Source: an uncultured virus (IMG/VR IMGVR_UViG_3300008964_000003)
Lineage: Duplodnaviria > Heunggongvirae > Uroviricota > Caudoviricetes
DNA: 64,000 nt
Reading direction: 5' to 3' (one strand)
IMG/VR virus record: IMGVR_UViG_3300008964_000003
The notes below the pieces were generated by a model, which was given only the letters and a program-made list of their open reading frames with translations, did not search any database and was not told where the DNA came from. The position numbers and the translations under genes are program-made. How positions within the stretch are numbered: position 1 is the stretch's first letter; each line of letters opens with the position of its first letter. Positions 38,851-48,759 of this stretch are shown in pieces.

Positions 38851-39327
38851 ATGACAAGCAGACGAATCAACACAACTTCATTTCCACCTGCAGCCTTTGT
38901 AGGATTTGATCACCTCTTTAAAGAACTTGATCACGTTACAAAGCATGCCTACGATAACTATCCTCCTCATAATATCCTTAAAACAGGTGAATCGGATTAT
39001 CTAATTGAACTGGCAGTAGCTGGTTTCAGTAAAGATGGTATCGATATTGAGCTACACGATAGAACCCTTACCGTAACAGGTGATCATGTTTCCAAAGGTC
39101 GCGAGTATATTCACCGTGGTATTTCTACGAAGAAATTCAAACGCACCTTTAGATTGTCTGAACACGTGCAAGTGCACGGAGCAGATATTCAAGACGGCAT
39201 ACTAGCAATTGAGTTGAAGTATGTAGTCCCAGAAGATCAGCGTCCTCGTAAAATTTCAATTGGAAACAACGAGGTCTCAAATGACACACTTAATACACAA
39301 ACTAAACAGTTTCTTACAGAAGATTAA
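38851..39327 (+). CDS. hsp20: Small heat shock protein Hsp20 (IbpA-like)
   Basis: GFDHLF, NYPPHNI, IELAVAGF, HRGIS..KF.RTF.L, DGIL.I. Confidence 0.95.
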   Translation: MTSRRINTTSFPPAAFVGFDHLFKELDHVTKHAYDNYPPHNILKTGESDYLIELAVAGFSKDGIDIELHDRTLTVTGDHVSKGREYIHRGISTKKFKRTFRLSEHVQVHGADIQDGILAIELKYVVPEDQRPRKISIGNNEVSNDTLNTQTKQFLTED

Positions 39328-39499
39328 AGAACTAAAAGATATTAGAATTACCGAAAACTCGTTATACAAACTATCCGATAGAGAGTTAAACGATATTGGT
39401 ATTTCTAGAGGTGATATTCACGCTTTAGCAAGAGGTGATAAAGATCATAAAAGATCCTATAAATTAGAGATTAACCCGAACTTGAAAGGGTGGATCTGA
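39281..39499 (+). CDS. DUF1127 (YjiS-like) small protein
   Basis: L..LSDRELNDIGISRGDI signature; GAGG RBS. Confidence 0.85.
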   Translation: MTHLIHKLNSFLQKIKELKDIRITENSLYKLSDRELNDIGISRGDIHALARGDKDHKRSYKLEINPNLKGWI

Positions 39500-39675
39500 T
39501 GAATGTTATGGTGCTTAACACTACTACTAGTATTGGGTCTTGGTTTAATGATCTTTTTGCAAAAGTTAATCGTAGTTTCTATAAAATCGGATATTACCGA
39601 GCTGCAACAGAACTTACGAGACTTGGGTACGTCGAAGAAGCCAGACAATGTTTAAAAGAGCTTAATCGCTCATAA
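39499..39675 (+). CDS. Small hypothetical protein
   Basis: Coupled to the DUF1127 stop; GYYRAATELTRLGY motif. Confidence 0.6.
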   Translation: MNVMVLNTTTSIGSWFNDLFAKVNRSFYKIGYYRAATELTRLGYVEEARQCLKELNRS

Positions 39676-39722
39676 AAAAGTCCTAGCCACAAGTGGCTAG
39701 GATTTACATACTAGAAGATGAA

Positions 39723-39974
39723 ATGGTAAAGCCTAATACAAGTTTTAACTTAACTGTTAATGATGTTTATTTAATTGAAGAGGCTTTAAATCACTATATC
39801 GGTAGATTACAGGAACGTAGAAAAACACACGTTGAAAGTACTATTATTCCTGAAAGCCAATTGGAACCAGTTCGTCAAATTGATAATGAAATTCGTAAGG
39901 TAATTAGTTTACTTGGTAGTTTACACAATCAGAAAAACTGGTATAGACCTAATGGAATATACATTTCTGGATAA
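39723..39974 (+). CDS. Hypothetical protein, paralog of 49930-50157
   Basis: KPNT.F.LTVND..IE.AL...LG..HNQK.WYRP. Confidence 0.7.
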   Translation: MVKPNTSFNLTVNDVYLIEEALNHYIGRLQERRKTHVESTIIPESQLEPVRQIDNEIRKVISLLGSLHNQKNWYRPNGIYISG

Positions 39975-39992
39975 CACACACAGGAGAAGAAA

Positions 39993-40202
39993 ATGAATAA
40001 CGATTATATGACAAACATGTTTATTGACACAATCCAAAACGCAAAGAAAACTTGGGTTGACACATGGGTTAAAGATGAGGCGATTAGCAAACCGCTTAAT
40101 GACTTCATTAAAACACAAACAGAATATACAAAAGATGTAATGAAGCAAACCAACGCATTTGCCAATGCAGTAGGTGAAGCTATGGCAAAGGTGACAAAAT
40201 GA
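39993..40202 (+). CDS. Small helical hypothetical protein
   Basis: AGGAGA RBS; amphipathic helices. Confidence 0.65.
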   Translation: MNNDYMTNMFIDTIQNAKKTWVDTWVKDEAISKPLNDFIKTQTEYTKDVMKQTNAFANAVGEAMAKVTK

Positions 40203-40432
40203 GCAATAAGAATCCATTCGAAATCCGTGCAGATATGTTGCAACTAGCCAAAGAATATTTGGATCAGCAATATCATATGAACATCCAGTTCTATGAAAAC
40301 ATGGTTGCTGAAGGCAACAAAGCTCGTACGGACATTGAAGATAAGTTGAAAGAAGCTTATAAGATGTATTCCACTGAAGATCTAATGGCAAAAGCCAAAG
40401 AGATGTATTCATTCGTTTCTACAAAAGATTAA
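40199..40432 (+). CDS. Hypothetical protein
   Basis: NPFEIR...LAKEY motif; ATGA coupling. Confidence 0.65.
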   Translation: MSNKNPFEIRADMLQLAKEYLDQQYHMNIQFYENMVAEGNKARTDIEDKLKEAYKMYSTEDLMAKAKEMYSFVSTKD

Positions 40433-40445
40433 GTAAAATATAATA

Positions 40446-40477
40446 AATACCTCTGTAGCAATACGGAGGTATTTTTT
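40446..40477 (+). terminator. Intrinsic terminator
   Basis: aatacctctgta-gcaa-tacggaggtatt followed by a T-run. Confidence 0.7.
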
Positions 40478-40714
40478 ATGGCTAAAGAGAACGAAGACGA
40501 TCTTTACGGCGACCTAACCGAATTTGATTTCATGATGGCGGCAATGTCAATATATTGCATGACTTCTATGGATAAAGAACAATTCTGGACAATTATTAAT
40601 CACGTCAATGACGGTTTTGAGTTTGATACAGCAGTAGCAGCTCAAGAAGAACTCATGAATATTGTTGAGAGGCATAACGATATGAATAGGTATTTTAATA
40701 ATGGCAAACTTTGA
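40478..40714 (+). CDS. Hypothetical protein
   Basis: GGAGG RBS inside the terminator stem. Confidence 0.55.
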   Translation: MAKENEDDLYGDLTEFDFMMAAMSIYCMTSMDKEQFWTIINHVNDGFEFDTAVAAQEELMNIVERHNDMNRYFNNGKL

Positions 40715-41231
40715 AGAATTATACGACCTTCCAGTATATGAAAATCTTCTAGAAGAATTAAAGTCCATATGTGAATATGATAATGTGTGCTTAAATTATC
40801 CTGTTGGATATGAAGACAATTGTCAGATTGGCGTGGGAAGCATGGTATGGGATTGGGTATTATGTGATAATGGCGAAAAAATTAAAACGCCAAAACCAAA
40901 CAGGTTACACGAAAAAGATTTTACTGAATTATGTGCTATATTTAAAGGCACATCATTTGAGAAAATATATAATGCTCTTTCTGAAAAATATAGTTTAGGA
41001 AGGGTTAGAATTATGAAATCTAAACCTCATACATGTTTATCCTGGCATACCGACTTTAGTAAAAGAATACATTTTCCAATAAAAACGCAAGAGGGGTGCT
41101 TTATGGTAATCGATGATGAGATTAAGCACCTAAAACAAAATCAATGGTATATGACAGATACATCTAAAATGCATACCGCATTTAATGCATCCAGCGAAAC
41201 TAGATACCATTTGGTAGGAGTGATTAGATGA
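40701..41231 (+). CDS. 2OG-Fe(II) oxygenase (Asp/Asn beta-hydroxylase-like)
   Basis: GRVRIM, HxD (WHTD), RIHFPIKT, HTAFN, RYHLV. Confidence 0.8.
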   Translation: MANFEELYDLPVYENLLEELKSICEYDNVCLNYPVGYEDNCQIGVGSMVWDWVLCDNGEKIKTPKPNRLHEKDFTELCAIFKGTSFEKIYNALSEKYSLGRVRIMKSKPHTCLSWHTDFSKRIHFPIKTQEGCFMVIDDEIKHLKQNQWYMTDTSKMHTAFNASSETRYHLVGVIR

Positions 41232-41902
41232 TTTTAGAATATGATGGGGTTGTAGTAGACTTCTTTGAAAAATTTCCAGCTCATTGGAAAAATATTGGAA
41301 TTCACGTTTCAGGCGGAGCTGATTCCGCCTTAATTTTGTATTGTACGGCTCTTATGATACATAGTAGGGATCAATTGAATGAAGTAAAAATTTGGCCAAC
41401 TATATCATACGATGCAGCTGCGCCCAATTGCAAAGTTCACAATATCGGAAAGGATGTTGTAAAATATATCCAAGACTTGCCTATAGGAAAAAGTATTCAA
41501 AATCCGTACTTACATACCTATCACCAAACGGATATTGACACCGAAAGTAAAAACACTTATCTTAGAGAAGCCAGAAAATACTTATTTAATATTATCGGTT
41601 GTGATACCGTTTTAGATGGAACTACTCGCGGCATGCCAGGACTTCCTCGACCTACCGGATCGTATGATCCAAATGAGGAAGAGCTAATTGCAATGACTAA
41701 ACAACCTGGTATAGAATTTGTTTTTCCCTTTGCCACAGTTAATAAAAAATTCATAGCAGCTCAATATAACCATTTTGGTTTAAAAGACTTATCTAATATG
41801 ACATCTAGTTGTGTTATAAGTTCAGCGTCTCCTTGTAAAGAATGCTGGTGGTGCAAAGAAAGATATTGGGCATTTGGCTCTTACGATGGGGGTGTACAAT
41901 AA
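41228..41902 (+). CDS. PP-loop ATPase, QueC-like
   Basis: SGGADS; C-terminal SC...PCKECWWCKER zinc motif. Confidence 0.75.
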   Translation: MILEYDGVVVDFFEKFPAHWKNIGIHVSGGADSALILYCTALMIHSRDQLNEVKIWPTISYDAAAPNCKVHNIGKDVVKYIQDLPIGKSIQNPYLHTYHQTDIDTESKNTYLREARKYLFNIIGCDTVLDGTTRGMPGLPRPTGSYDPNEEELIAMTKQPGIEFVFPFATVNKKFIAAQYNHFGLKDLSNMTSSCVISSASPCKECWWCKERYWAFGSYDGGVQ

Positions 41903-41921
41903 CCTCAAACTGTGATACTAT
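41893..41921 (+). promoter_or_regulatory. Early/middle promoter for gp43
   Basis: TGTACA-N17-TACTAT. Confidence 0.5.
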
Positions 41922-41942
41922 ATTTTAGATTATGGAGGTAAT

Positions 41943-44447
41943 ATGAGCTTTTACACAAACGTTTCCCGTTATGGGAATAGTATCCTATATCGTGGATACA
42001 CTGACAACGGCACTGCTGTTGAACACCGATACAAATTTAAACCCACAATGTATGTCACGTCTCAGATAGACACCGGCTGGAAAACCCTACAAGGTCGACC
42101 AGTTGCTCCTGTCAAGTTTGACTCTATGTCCGAAGCACTTGACTTTTGTAAGCGTTATGAAGAAATTGATAACGCTGAAGTATATGGCACGTCCAATTTC
42201 ATTCATCAGTTTATTACTGATAAGTTTCCAGGTGATATTAAATTTGACCGCTCAATGGTCAATGTCGCTAATATCGATATCGAAGTCCATTCTGAAGATG
42301 GTTTCCCTCTTCCTGATGAAGCTGCACATCCTATCACAGCTATTACGCATAAGTCAAGTAAGTCTGCCGTATATCACGTTTTCCACTTCGGTGACTGGGA
42401 TAAAGATAAATCTATCCTGAAAGACGTGATTGTCCAAGAGCATCGTGGTAAAAGCGAAGTAGAAATGCTTGCGATGTATATCAAGTTCTGGAAAGACAAT
42501 TACCCAGACATTATTACAGGCTGGAATATCAGATTCTTCGACGTTCCTTATATTTTAAATCGCATTGCTCGACTCGGTGCTGAAGAAGCGGTTAAAGCTT
42601 TCTCTCCATGGAATATGGTAGATCGCCAAGAAATTACCGTAAATGGTTCACCACAGTGTGCTTTTGATATCAAAGGTATTACTCAGATGGACTACATCGA
42701 GCTGTTTAAAAAGTTTGGTTATTCATACGGCGCTCAAGAGTCATATAAACTTGATCATATTGCATATGTAGTTCTTGGAGAACGTAAGCTATCATATGAA
42801 GAATATGGTAACCTACAAAACCTTTATAAAGAAAACTATCAGCTTTATATCGATTATAACATCAAAGACGTTATGCTTGTGGAACGTATTGACGAAAAGA
42901 TGGATCTTATTACACTTGCTATGACTATGGCATATCGTGGAGGTGTTAACTATCAAGACACAATGGGAACCACTGCAATCTGGGACTCAATCATTTACCG
43001 TGAGTTGAGTAAATCCAAGATCGCAGTTCCGCCGAATGATCCAAAGGTTAAGAACCCCTATCCAGGCGGATACGTGAAAGAACCTCATGTTGGAGCACAC
43101 GATTGGGTCGTATCATTTGACCTTAACTCGCTGTATCCTAACTTGATTGTTCAATATAATATGTCACCCGAGACTTTGGTCACATCTATGGAAGGTCGTT
43201 TCCAAGAAGGCGTTGAGCATTATATGAACACGCCAGTTGATCCTCGCGCTAGAGATATGAATGTCGCTGTTGCTATTAACGGATCTTCATATCGTAAAGA
43301 TAAGCAAGGATTCTTGCCTAAGCTTATTGTCGATTACTATAGTGAACGTAAAGCTGTCAAGAAAGAAATGCTTGCGCGTGAACAAGAGTATCAAAAGAAT
43401 AAAACAGTAGAACTCGAACGGCAAATTAACCAGCTTGAAAACCGTCAGATGGCTATTAAAATTCTTCTTAACTCTTTGTATGGAGCTTTGGGTAATAAGT
43501 ATTTCCGTTACTTTGATATGCGTATGGCAGAAGGCATCACACTGTCAGGTCAGCTTACTATCCAATGGGCAGAACGTGCTATCAATGCTGAGATGAACCG
43601 TATTCTTCAGACTAACGACCGTGATTATGTTATTGCTATCGATACTGACTCGGTTTATGTTAACTTTGGCGCGTTTGTTAAAAAGCTTAAACCTGAAGAT
43701 CCGGTCAAAGCACTTGATAAGATTTGTGAAGAACATTTCATCCCATTGCTAGAGAAATCATATGACAACTTGTATGATCACATGAACGCATTTGACAAAC
43801 GTATGGTTATGGCACGTGAGGTTATTGCTGACCGTGGTATTTGGACTGCTAAGAAACGATACATTCTCAATGTTCATAACTCTGAAGGTGTGCAATACGC
43901 AGAGCCTAAGATGAAGATTATGGGCATTGAAGCTATCAAGTCTTCTACTCCTGAGGTTGTTCGTGACAAGTTTAAGGCGGCGTTTAAGATGATGCTTACT
44001 GGCGATCGTCATGGTACTCAAGACTTTATTGCAAGGTTTAAGAAAGACTTTAAACAGCTTCCTCCCGAGAAAGTTGCCTTCCCTCGTGGAGTAAGTGATC
44101 TTAAGAAATGGGAACGTCGTAAAACCGTCTATGCAAAAGGCACGCCCATTCACGTACGTGGGAGTTTGCTTTATAATCACCATCTAAAGATAAACGGGTT
44201 GTCTTCAACATATGAAACTATTAAGGCTGGTGAGAAAGTAAAATTCTGTTATCTTAAGATGCCTAATCCAGTCAAAGAGAATGTCATTGCATTTCCAGAG
44301 TATTTGCCTGAAGAATTGAAGCTACATAAGCATGTCAATTATGACCTTCAGTTTCAAAAAACATTCCTAGATCCACTTGAGCCAATTCTGGATGCTATCG
44401 GCTGGAGTGCTGAAGAGAAAATTACAATGGATGATATTTTCGGATGA
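41943..44447 (+). CDS. gp43: Family B DNA polymerase gp43
   Basis: DIE exo [26 protein letters not shown]; no intein visible. Confidence 0.98.
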   Translation: MSFYTNVSRYGNSILYRGYTDNGTAVEHRYKFKPTMYVTSQIDTGWKTLQGRPVAPVKFDSMSEALDFCKRYEEIDNAEVYGTSNFIHQFITDKFPGDIKFDRSMVNVANIDIEVHSEDGFPLPDEAAHPITAITHKSSKSAVYHVFHFGDWDKDKSILKDVIVQEHRGKSEVEMLAMYIKFWKDNYPDIITGWNIRFFDVPYILNRIARLGAEEAVKAFSPWNMVDRQEITVNGSPQCAFDIKGITQMDYIELFKKFGYSYGAQESYKLDHIAYVVLGERKLSYEEYGNLQNLYKENYQLYIDYNIKDVMLVERIDEKMDLITLAMTMAYRGGVNYQDTMGTTAIWDSIIYRELSKSKIAVPPNDPKVKNPYPGGYVKEPHVGAHDWVVSFDLNSLYPNLIVQYNMSPETLVTSMEGRFQEGVEHYMNTPVDPRARDMNVAVAINGSSYRKDKQGFLPKLIVDYYSERKAVKKEMLAREQEYQKNKTVELERQINQLENRQMAIKILLNSLYGALGNKYFRYFDMRMAEGITLSGQLTIQWAERAINAEMNRILQTNDRDYVIAIDTDSVYVNFGAFVKKLKPEDPVKALDKICEEHFIPLLEKSYDNLYDHMNAFDKRMVMAREVIADRGIWTAKKRYILNVHNSEGVQYAEPKMKIMGIEAIKSSTPEVVRDKFKAAFKMMLTGDRHGTQDFIARFKKDFKQLPPEKVAFPRGVSDLKKWERRKTVYAKGTPIHVRGSLLYNHHLKINGLSSTYETIKAGEKVKFCYLKMPNPVKENVIAFPEYLPEELKLHKHVNYDLQFQKTFLDPLEPILDAIGWSAEEKITMDDIFG

Positions 44448-45106
44448 TACCAAAAAACATATTAATATATGCTAATCCTAGAACAGCATCATCAAATCTA
44501 CAGAAATTGCTATCGCAGGACAGCAATTTCTTATTTGAAGAATTGTTTACATATATGAAACCAGAAGATACTGAAAAAATAAACATGTATATTAATTATT
44601 GTAGAAAAAAAGCAAGATCTAATGATAATGTTGTTTTTAAAGTTCTGCATACCGATATAGCAAATAATTTAAATTTAGACGATATTGAAAAATTTAAATG
44701 CATGTTAATAGAAGAAAATTTTTATGTTATTAGATTAAGTAGGAATAATTTCAAAGATCAATTATTTAGTACTGTTATAGCTGAAACTTCTAAGGAATAC
44801 GGTGTCCAATCTAGCAAATCAATAACGATTGATTATAATAATTTTAAAGATCATTTTTATTACTGTTATGATAAAAATGCTGAACATAATAATAACATTT
44901 ATGGATTCCCAATCCATCAGGATATAAAATTTGAAGATGTTATAAATGATGATGTTGTAATTTGCGGCCAAAAAATTCTCCGTGATACAAATAAAATAAC
45001 AATAAATGTATCTGCTAACAAAACAGATAAGGTTATCAACTTGTTTGATATGAACGCGTGGTATGATGAATTAATACATTTACAAAATAAGAAATATGAA
45101 GTATAA
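44444..45106 (+). CDS. Sulfotransferase-like protein
   Basis: PRTASS 5'-PSB-like loop, E.F, FK, L.R.N...Q..S..IA, I.FED. Confidence 0.6.
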   Translation: MIPKNILIYANPRTASSNLQKLLSQDSNFLFEELFTYMKPEDTEKINMYINYCRKKARSNDNVVFKVLHTDIANNLNLDDIEKFKCMLIEENFYVIRLSRNNFKDQLFSTVIAETSKEYGVQSSKSITIDYNNFKDHFYYCYDKNAEHNNNIYGFPIHQDIKFEDVINDDVVICGQKILRDTNKITINVSANKTDKVINLFDMNAWYDELIHLQNKKYEV

Positions 45107-45107
45107 T
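45079..45107 (+). promoter_or_regulatory. Early/middle promoter
   Basis: TTTACA-N17-TATAAT. Confidence 0.75.
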
Positions 45108-45133
45108 AATGAAGTTAACAATTGGAGTATAAT

Positions 45134-45547
45134 ATGAGCGACTGGCCTAATGATATCCGCATGATGCACCACAAGTTTGGTGTTACTGATTGGATGGAAA
45201 AGAATAAACACGATAAAGAACTTATGCAGAAGTATCTACGCTTCCGTCTTAAAATGTGTATGGAAGAAATGAATGAAACTATTGATGCTGCACTCTTTGA
45301 CCGTGATGCTGAAGAAGTTGTTGATGGCCTGATTGACCTTTGCGTCTTTGCGATTGGAACACTAGATGTATTCGGCGTAGATCCTAATGAAGCATGGGAT
45401 CGTGTATACGAAGCGAATATGACAAAATCGCCTGGTGTAAAGCCTGGCCGGCCAAACCCATTTGGACTTCCAGATCTTCTTAAGCCATCTGGATGGACAC
45501 CACCAACACATAAGGATAATCACGGTGCTATCCCTAACGCTGTTTAA
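45134..45547 (+). CDS. MazG/PRA-PH-like NTP pyrophosphohydrolase
   Basis: EEMNE, EVVDGLIDL, V..ANM.K, KP.GW..P. Confidence 0.8.
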   Translation: MSDWPNDIRMMHHKFGVTDWMEKNKHDKELMQKYLRFRLKMCMEEMNETIDAALFDRDAEEVVDGLIDLCVFAIGTLDVFGVDPNEAWDRVYEANMTKSPGVKPGRPNPFGLPDLLKPSGWTPPTHKDNHGAIPNAV

Positions 45548-46484
45548 ACCACCTCGCTGGTGGGAAGAACAACAAAGATATGCCTATGACAACAAAACTC
45601 ATCGGCGAATGGATTTCTCTAGCTTTGACGAGCTAGAGAAACTCCTGTATGAATTGTCTAAGCAACCTAAGAAAGGAAAAGTAGATGCTGAATTATTTTC
45701 GCCAGCTATATATAAACCAGATACTACTCGAGCCAATAAGAATGTTGTTGCTTGGGCAGGTTGGGCAGCTGTTGACGTTGATGACATTGAGATTGATGGA
45801 AACCTAAATGATTTTGTACGTAAACTTGCTGGTGATTGGCGCTTTGTTTGCTACAGCACTGCAAGCAGTCGCCCTACTAAGAAAAAGTTCCGACTCGTAT
45901 TCGAACTTGATCGCCATATACCAGTGGCAGAAATCAAACACTTTTGGTTCGCACTCCAATCTCACCTTGACGAGTCAGGAGATAAACAATGTAAAGACCT
46001 CAGCCGAATGTATTACATCCCTGCAACATATGACGAGGCTGATAATTTTATATTCAGTGGGAGTGGCAATCCTATTGATGTTGACAATCTTCTTGCCCGT
46101 TACCCCTACGTAGATAGGGCTAAGAGTGGTAACACGTTTCTCGATCGACTACCTCCTGAACTCGTAGAACAAGTAGTCAATCATCGTAAGTCGATGATGC
46201 AAAATACCAACATTATTTGGTCAAGTTATCATGATTGCCCGTTTTGGCCTAAGAAGCTTGCTGCTGAATATTCTACTATTACCGAAACCGGTTGGTATCA
46301 TAAGATGTATCAAATCATGGTAGCAATATCGGCTAGAGCAATTGATAAGGAATATCCTATTCAAGCTTCTCAAATCGCTGAACTATGTAAGCAATTTGAT
46401 ATGGAAAATGGTGGTTGGTATGAAAACCGACCAATTGAAATCGAGGCTGACAGAGCCTTGGAATATGCTTATAAAAAGGTATGA
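45525..46484 (+). CDS. AEP-type primase/primase-like protein
   Basis: SPAIY...RAN.NV, DVD, YSTAS, KFRLVF, KDLSRMYYIP; probable GTG start after AAGGA. Confidence 0.7.
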   Translation: MLSLTLFKPPRWWEEQQRYAYDNKTHRRMDFSSFDELEKLLYELSKQPKKGKVDAELFSPAIYKPDTTRANKNVVAWAGWAAVDVDDIEIDGNLNDFVRKLAGDWRFVCYSTASSRPTKKKFRLVFELDRHIPVAEIKHFWFALQSHLDESGDKQCKDLSRMYYIPATYDEADNFIFSGSGNPIDVDNLLARYPYVDRAKSGNTFLDRLPPELVEQVVNHRKSMMQNTNIIWSSYHDCPFWPKKLAAEYSTITETGWYHKMYQIMVAISARAIDKEYPIQASQIAELCKQFDMENGGWYENRPIEIEADRALEYAYKKV

Positions 46485-46606
46485 ACATGGCAAAACAATC
46501 TAGACTAGTAAAAACTAAATCTGGTGCAATTCGTGAAAACAAAAGCTTAAAGAAAAAAGCAAAGGCTCTTAAGCCGATCAAATATAAGGCAAGTGGAAAA
46601 AAATGA
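46481..46606 (+). CDS. Very basic 41-aa protein (below ORF-track cutoff)
   Basis: MNMAKQSRLVKTKSGAIRENKSLKKKAKALKPIKYKASGKK; ATGA-coupled on both sides. Confidence 0.55.
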   Translation: MNMAKQSRLVKTKSGAIRENKSLKKKAKALKPIKYKASGKK

Positions 46607-46713
46607 GACTTAATTTTAGACTAGGCTGGTTTAGAATTGAAATTCTTCCACTATTTAAAATAGTTTTTGATGTTCGTCGAACAGTTAATAAAAAACGTAG
46701 ACGTAAAAAATAG
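46603..46713 (+). CDS. 36-aa protein with basic tail (below cutoff)
   Basis: MRLNFRLGWFRIEILPLFKIVFDVRRTVNKKRRRKK; fills the gap exactly. Confidence 0.45.
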   Translation: MRLNFRLGWFRIEILPLFKIVFDVRRTVNKKRRRKK

Positions 46714-46720
46714 GATAAAC

Positions 46721-47140
46721 ATGAAAGTTGGATTTACTTGTAGCACATTTGACTTGCTTCACGCCGGGCATATTATGATGCTGCGCGAAGCCAAGGCTCA
46801 ATGTGATTATCTTATTTGCGGACTACAGGTCGATCCGAGTTACGATAGACCTGAGAAGAATAAACCCGTTCAGACTATTGTAGAAAGATACGCACAACTA
46901 TCGGCAGTGAAATATGTTGATGAGATTGTAGTATATCATTCTGAACAAGATCTCCTAGATATTCTAGAAATGTATCCAATTAATATTCGTATTCTAGGAG
47001 AAGAATATAAAGAAAAAGAGTTTACAGGCAAAGATATTTGTCGTAAAATAGGTATTGAGTTCCACTTCAACAAACGGAACCATAGATTTTCATCATCTGG
47101 ACTTAGAAAGAGAGTAGCTGATAATGCTAAAAGTGACTGA
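46721..47140 (+). CDS. Cytidylyltransferase (TagD/glycerol-3-phosphate CT-like)
   Basis: FDLLHAGH, LICGLQ.DP, VKYVDEI, R.H.FSSS; AGGA RBS before 46721. Confidence 0.88.
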   Translation: MKVGFTCSTFDLLHAGHIMMLREAKAQCDYLICGLQVDPSYDRPEKNKPVQTIVERYAQLSAVKYVDEIVVYHSEQDLLDILEMYPINIRILGEEYKEKEFTGKDICRKIGIEFHFNKRNHRFSSSGLRKRVADNAKSD

Positions 47141-47798
47141 TATTCGTGACCACTTCTTTGACGAACTGGACGCCCAGCGATATACCATTGATAAAACTGG
47201 TGCCAAGACTATTGAGATGCTAGGTGCATCATTCATCGCCGATGAACCATCCATCTTCGGCATTCCTAATCAAGAATACATTGATAAAGAGATTGCTTGG
47301 TACGAGTCTCAGTCTACTAACATCTACGATATTAACACAGAGTCCGGTGCTGATGCTCCTGCTGCTTGGAAGTATTCAGCAGATAAGTATGGTAATATCA
47401 ATTCAAACTACGGATATCTTGTAGACTCTCCAAAGTTTTATAATCAGTACTATAACGCCATTGCCGAGTTGATTGCGAATCCAGATAGCCGGCGTGCTCA
47501 GATGATTTATAATCGTCCCTCTATTTGGGCTGAGTACAACGAAAATGGTAAATCTGATTTTATCTGTACTAATGCTCAAACATTTTATATTCGTGATAAT
47601 AAACTGCATATGGTATCGCAAATGCGTTCTAATGATGTAGTATTTGGCTATAAGAATGATTACGCTTGGGCACAACATCTTATGGATCGTGCTATTGATA
47701 ATCTAAATGAAGAAGGTTATGAACTTACAAAAGGTGACCTGATCTGGCAAGTAATGAACTTGCATGTATATGAAAGACATTTTAATTTAGTAGTTTAA
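47124..47798 (+). CDS. gp42: dCMP hydroxymethylase-like (T4 gp42 family)
   Basis: NSNYG, DSRRA, DFICT, MRSNDVVFGYKNDYAW, LHVYERHF; Asp at the cytosine-specificity position. Confidence 0.85.
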   Translation: MLKVTDIRDHFFDELDAQRYTIDKTGAKTIEMLGASFIADEPSIFGIPNQEYIDKEIAWYESQSTNIYDINTESGADAPAAWKYSADKYGNINSNYGYLVDSPKFYNQYYNAIAELIANPDSRRAQMIYNRPSIWAEYNENGKSDFICTNAQTFYIRDNKLHMVSQMRSNDVVFGYKNDYAWAQHLMDRAIDNLNEEGYELTKGDLIWQVMNLHVYERHFNLVV

Positions 47799-47811
47799 GG
47801 GGATTTATATT

Positions 47812-48759
47812 ATGGCAAGGATAGTTGGAACATTTGCTAAAATACCTAAAAAAGAAACGAGCCACAGCTTTGGCTATGCTCGTACGTGGTCAGAGAACCT
47901 TGAGATTGATTTAGACCATAAAAATTCATTTCATAAGGATATTTACGTATTACCTGGCGCTAACTTTGGTGGTACAATTAATCTTATGGGTGGGTTTAAT
48001 GACTTTCTGAAATCAAGCGTAGATAATTTTCTTAATGCAGAAAATATTACTTTTCTAGATGGTCCTCCTGTTGCTTATGGTGAACAGCTAAAAAAGAGAA
48101 AAGACGTAGAAGATAAGGGCTGGTGTGATGCCATTACTCAAAAACTGTCTGAAGCAAAAAGCATAGTAGGTTCTGATCTTAAGCATGAATGGTTAGCTAT
48201 TGGTGATAGTCACACGTGTGCCTATGCACCTTTAAATAGTTCAACTGTCAAACAAGATGGAACTACTCTAAATAATCAAATTAATACGGATTTTGAATAT
48301 ATTCGTTCTCATATTAAATCTTATCATAAAGGCTTAACTATATCACTTGGTAATATTGATATTCGCCATCATATTGTTCGTCTCAATGCTGATGTTGAGA
48401 CCATGATAAGTAGCCTTAACGATTTTGGTAAAAGCACTGGTCTTGAAGTAGAGTATGGATTGCCATGGCCTATCGAGTTTGAAGGTCGCAAGTTGCCAAA
48501 GACTGGATACTATGACAAGCGCCCATTTACGGGTTCTAGAGAAGAACGTTCTGCTGTAGTCAAGCTTATGGAGCGATGCATGACTGATCTTGGCATGAGC
48601 ATTGTCAAATGTCCTAACCAATGGTACGATATGGATCCAGAAATCTATGCAACTGGAAACATGGAACGACCACAATCGGTTCACCTAAATCCTATGAAGT
48701 ATCGTAGGAAGAATTGGGGTGAGCTAACACACGACCCACTGGAGATATTCATGTCATGA
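47812..48759 (+). CDS. Hypothetical protein, SGNH-hydrolase-like motifs; candidate DNA-modification enzyme
   Basis: IGDSH, GNID, SVHL; adjacent to gp42-like gene. Confidence 0.45.
   Translation: MARIVGTFAKIPKKETSHSFGYARTWSENLEIDLDHKNSFHKDIYVLPGANFGGTINLMGGFNDFLKSSVDNFLNAENITFLDGPPVAYGEQLKKRKDVEDKGWCDAITQKLSEAKSIVGSDLKHEWLAIGDSHTCAYAPLNSSTVKQDGTTLNNQINTDFEYIRSHIKSYHKGLTISLGNIDIRHHIVRLNADVETMISSLNDFGKSTGLEVEYGLPWPIEFEGRKLPKTGYYDKRPFTGSREERSAVVKLMERCMTDLGMSIVKCPNQWYDMDPEIYATGNMERPQSVHLNPMKYRRKNWGELTHDPLEIFMS

Noticed and set aside
41228..41902. 7-deazaguanine DNA modification suggested by the QueC-like gene
   Set aside because: No FolE, QueD, QueE or DpdA is recognisable in the window; the rSAM proteins are not QueE-like, and the PP-loop enzyme may have another substrate
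47124..47798. Canonical thymidylate synthase ThyA or dUMP hydroxymethylase
   Set aside because: It has the gp42-like Asp motif (FGYKND) rather than the Asn of ThyA, and ThyX is present separately
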